From the NCBI GenBank assembly GCA_002269645.1, contig NIVC01001607.1, positions 1 through 64,000 on the forward strand: a DNA stretch of 64,000 nucleotides, read 5' to 3'. The notes under the pieces were generated by a model. It searched no databases. It was not told where the DNA came from and was given only the letters and a program-made list of their open reading frames with translations. A program made the translations under genes and the position numbers. This document shows, piece by piece, positions 63,201 through 64,000 of the stretch; position 1 is the first letter of the stretch; each line of letters begins with the position of its first letter. This stretch comes from Macrostomum lignano (Eukaryota).

Positions 63201-64000
63201 AAAACTCAACCATCACTCCGTCTCTAAAAAACTCAACCATCACTCCGCTTCAGTCAAACTCAACGATCACTCCGTCTCAGACAAACTTAACCATCACTCC
63301 ACCTCTAACAAACCTAACCATCACTCCACCTCTAACAAACCTAACCATCACTCCGCCTTTAACAAACTCCACCATCACTCCGCCTCTAACAAACTCAACC
63401 ATCACTTCACCTCTAACAAACTCAACCACCACTCCACCTCAGACAAACTCAACCATCACTCCACCTCTAACAAACTCAACCATCACTCCGTCTCTAACAA
63501 ACTCAACCATCACTCCGCCTCAAACAAACTCAACAACTTCACAGCAGAGAAGTTCCACGGTTATCCCCGGTCGGAGAAGCTCAATATTTTCGTCTCAATT
63601 CGAAGGAACCTTCTCCGAGAGGCCAGATCCGAACAACAGCTCAGAGTTTCTTCAAGAGTTCTTGCCAACCACTATAAGGCCTAAATTGGTGAGCCCCTTT
63701 TTAATTACGAGTATCTCCGCCATCAATTCCTATTCTGACTGTAGGCTCGTACTTAACACAAAATTTGATTCAGAAAGTGACGCTGACCGCTTCACTGGCT
63801 GGCTGGCTGTCGGCCGCAACCGCCATGGTGCTATTAATCGGCTTTGGCATCTGGGCCTGGCACTCCTGGCACTACAGAGCCTACACGTCGCCGCTGCGCC
63901 GGCTGCTCCGCCGGACACCCTTGCACCAGCTGCCGCGCTACTCCAGCTGCAACGTCATCGACAATCCGGTGCGCCTAGACCAGCCCAACAGCCGGCGACC
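60293..64000 (+). CDS. Type-I transmembrane mucin-like glycoprotein, 3' end beyond window
   Basis: ATG 60293 gives the signal peptide MQFNFRAALLWISAFAAFIWPATS. The frame stays open through 17/18-aa Thr/Ser/Glu repeats and 9-aa TPSQTNSTI repeats to the donor TTG|GTGAGC at 63688. An 85-nt phase-0 intron (63689-63773) joins it to KVTLTASLAGWLSAATAMVLLIGFGIWAW (TM) and a basic cytoplasmic tail. It is missing from the ORF track because there is no stop before the window end. Confidence 0.85.
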   Translation, partial: MQFNFRAALLWISAFAAFIWPATSLLVMDSTVASDNRIVSSNSKNVTIMTDSTRPESKATKIDSDVTQSTEAFTADLKTDTDVTQSTEAFTADLKTDTDVTRSIEASIEAMKTDMDVTRSIEASTADKKTDTDDVTRSIEASTEATKTDTDVTRSIEASTEATKTDTDVTRNIEASTEATKTDTDVTRSIEASTEATKTDTEVTRSIEASTEATKTDTDVTRSIEASTEATKTDTDVTRNIEASTEATKTDTDVTRSTEASTEATKTDTEVTRSIEASTEATKTDTDVTRSIEASTEATKTDTDVTRSIEASTEATNTDTEVTRSIEASTEATNTDTDVTRSIEASTEATNTDTDVTRSIEASTEATKTDTEVTRSIEASTEATKTDTEVTRSIEASTEATKTNTEVTRSIEASTEATKTDTDVTRSIEASTEATKTDTEVTRSIEASTEATKTDTDDVTRSTEASTEATKTDTDDVIRSTEASTEATKTDTDDVTRSTEASTEATKTDTDVTRSIEASTEATKTDTEVTRSIEASTEATKTDTEVTRSIEASTEATKTNTEVTRSIEASTEATKTDTDVTRSIEASTEATKTDTEVTRSIEASTEATKTDTDDVTRSTEASTEATKTDTDDVIRSTEASTEATKTDTDDVTRSTEASTEATKTDTDDVTRSTEASTADLKTDTASEKQKEYFTSPVGKMAVEDDKIVPTSDAIVDRSRNTSTSKVGRKTNSRNSRFFGEDINLWLSTSSTSTPSQTSSTVISIQTSSTRESPTPIQTQSVSPISTAKTTSTTVTPSQTNSTITPSQTNSTITPSLTNSTITPPLTNSTITPSQTNSTITPPLTNSTITPSLTNSTITPSQTNSTITPSLTNSTITPPLTNSTITPSQTNSTITPPLTNSTITPSQTNSTITPSQTNSTITPSQTNSTITPSQTNSTITPSQTNSTITPSLKNSTITPSLTNSTTTPSLKNSTITPSLKNSTITPLQSNSTITPSQTNLTITPPLTNLTITPPLTNLTITPPLTNSTITPPLTNSTITSPLTNSTTTPPQTNSTITPPLTNSTITPSLTNSTITPPQTNSTTSQQRSSTVIPGRRSSIFSSQFEGTFSERPDPNNSSEFLQEFLPTTIRPKLVSPFLITSISAINSYSDCRLVLNTKFDSESDADRFTGWLAVGRNRHGAINRLWHLGLALLALQSLHVAAAPAAPPDTLAPAAALLQLQRHRQSGAPRPAQQPAT
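60485..62335 (+). repeat. Coding 51/54-bp tandem repeat (about 36 units, TDTDVTRSIEASTEATK)
   Basis: Unit ACGGACGTCACTCGGAGCATTGAAGCTTCCACTGAAGCTACGAAGACAGAC; the 54-bp variant adds one Asp codon. Confidence 0.95.
62672..63535 (+). repeat. Coding 27-bp tandem repeat (about 32 units, TPSQTNSTI)
   Basis: Unit ACTCCGTCTCAGACAAACTCAACCATC; nearly every unit carries an N-S-T or N-L-T sequon. Confidence 0.95.

Overview
Eukaryotic (animal) genomic DNA that is extremely rich in micro- and minisatellites, with GC-rich exons and GT-AG introns. The overall character suggests a repeat-rich invertebrate such as a free-living flatworm (Macrostomum-like). That is an inference and cannot be proven from this window. 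Reading splice sites by hand gives seven host genes. (1) A minus-strand RRM plus two-Tudor-domain gene (<1-3796), broken by about five single-base indels. (2-5) A tight same-strand cluster: RPL39, COQ10, a degenerate calcineurin-B-like EF-hand gene and VMA21 (18.85-23.82 kb). Its layout resembles a trans-spliced operon. (6) A 6-exon, 7-EC delta1-like protocadherin (49.0-59.2 kb, about 1133 aa). (7) A type-I transmembrane mucin-like gene starting at 60293 and running off the window; it is absent from the supplied ORF track. Mobile DNA includes a PHD-FLYWCH Mutator-like element with inverted ends (about 5.95-9.55 kb), a Helitron-like non-autonomous element carrying a 24-bp satellite, a pair of palindromic MITE-like copies and a pair of tRNA-headed SINE copies. 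Most long ORFs in the supplied track are artefacts of stop-free tandem repeats. No rRNA genes, true tRNA genes or CRISPR arrays were seen. All domain calls are from motif recognition by eye; no searches were run.
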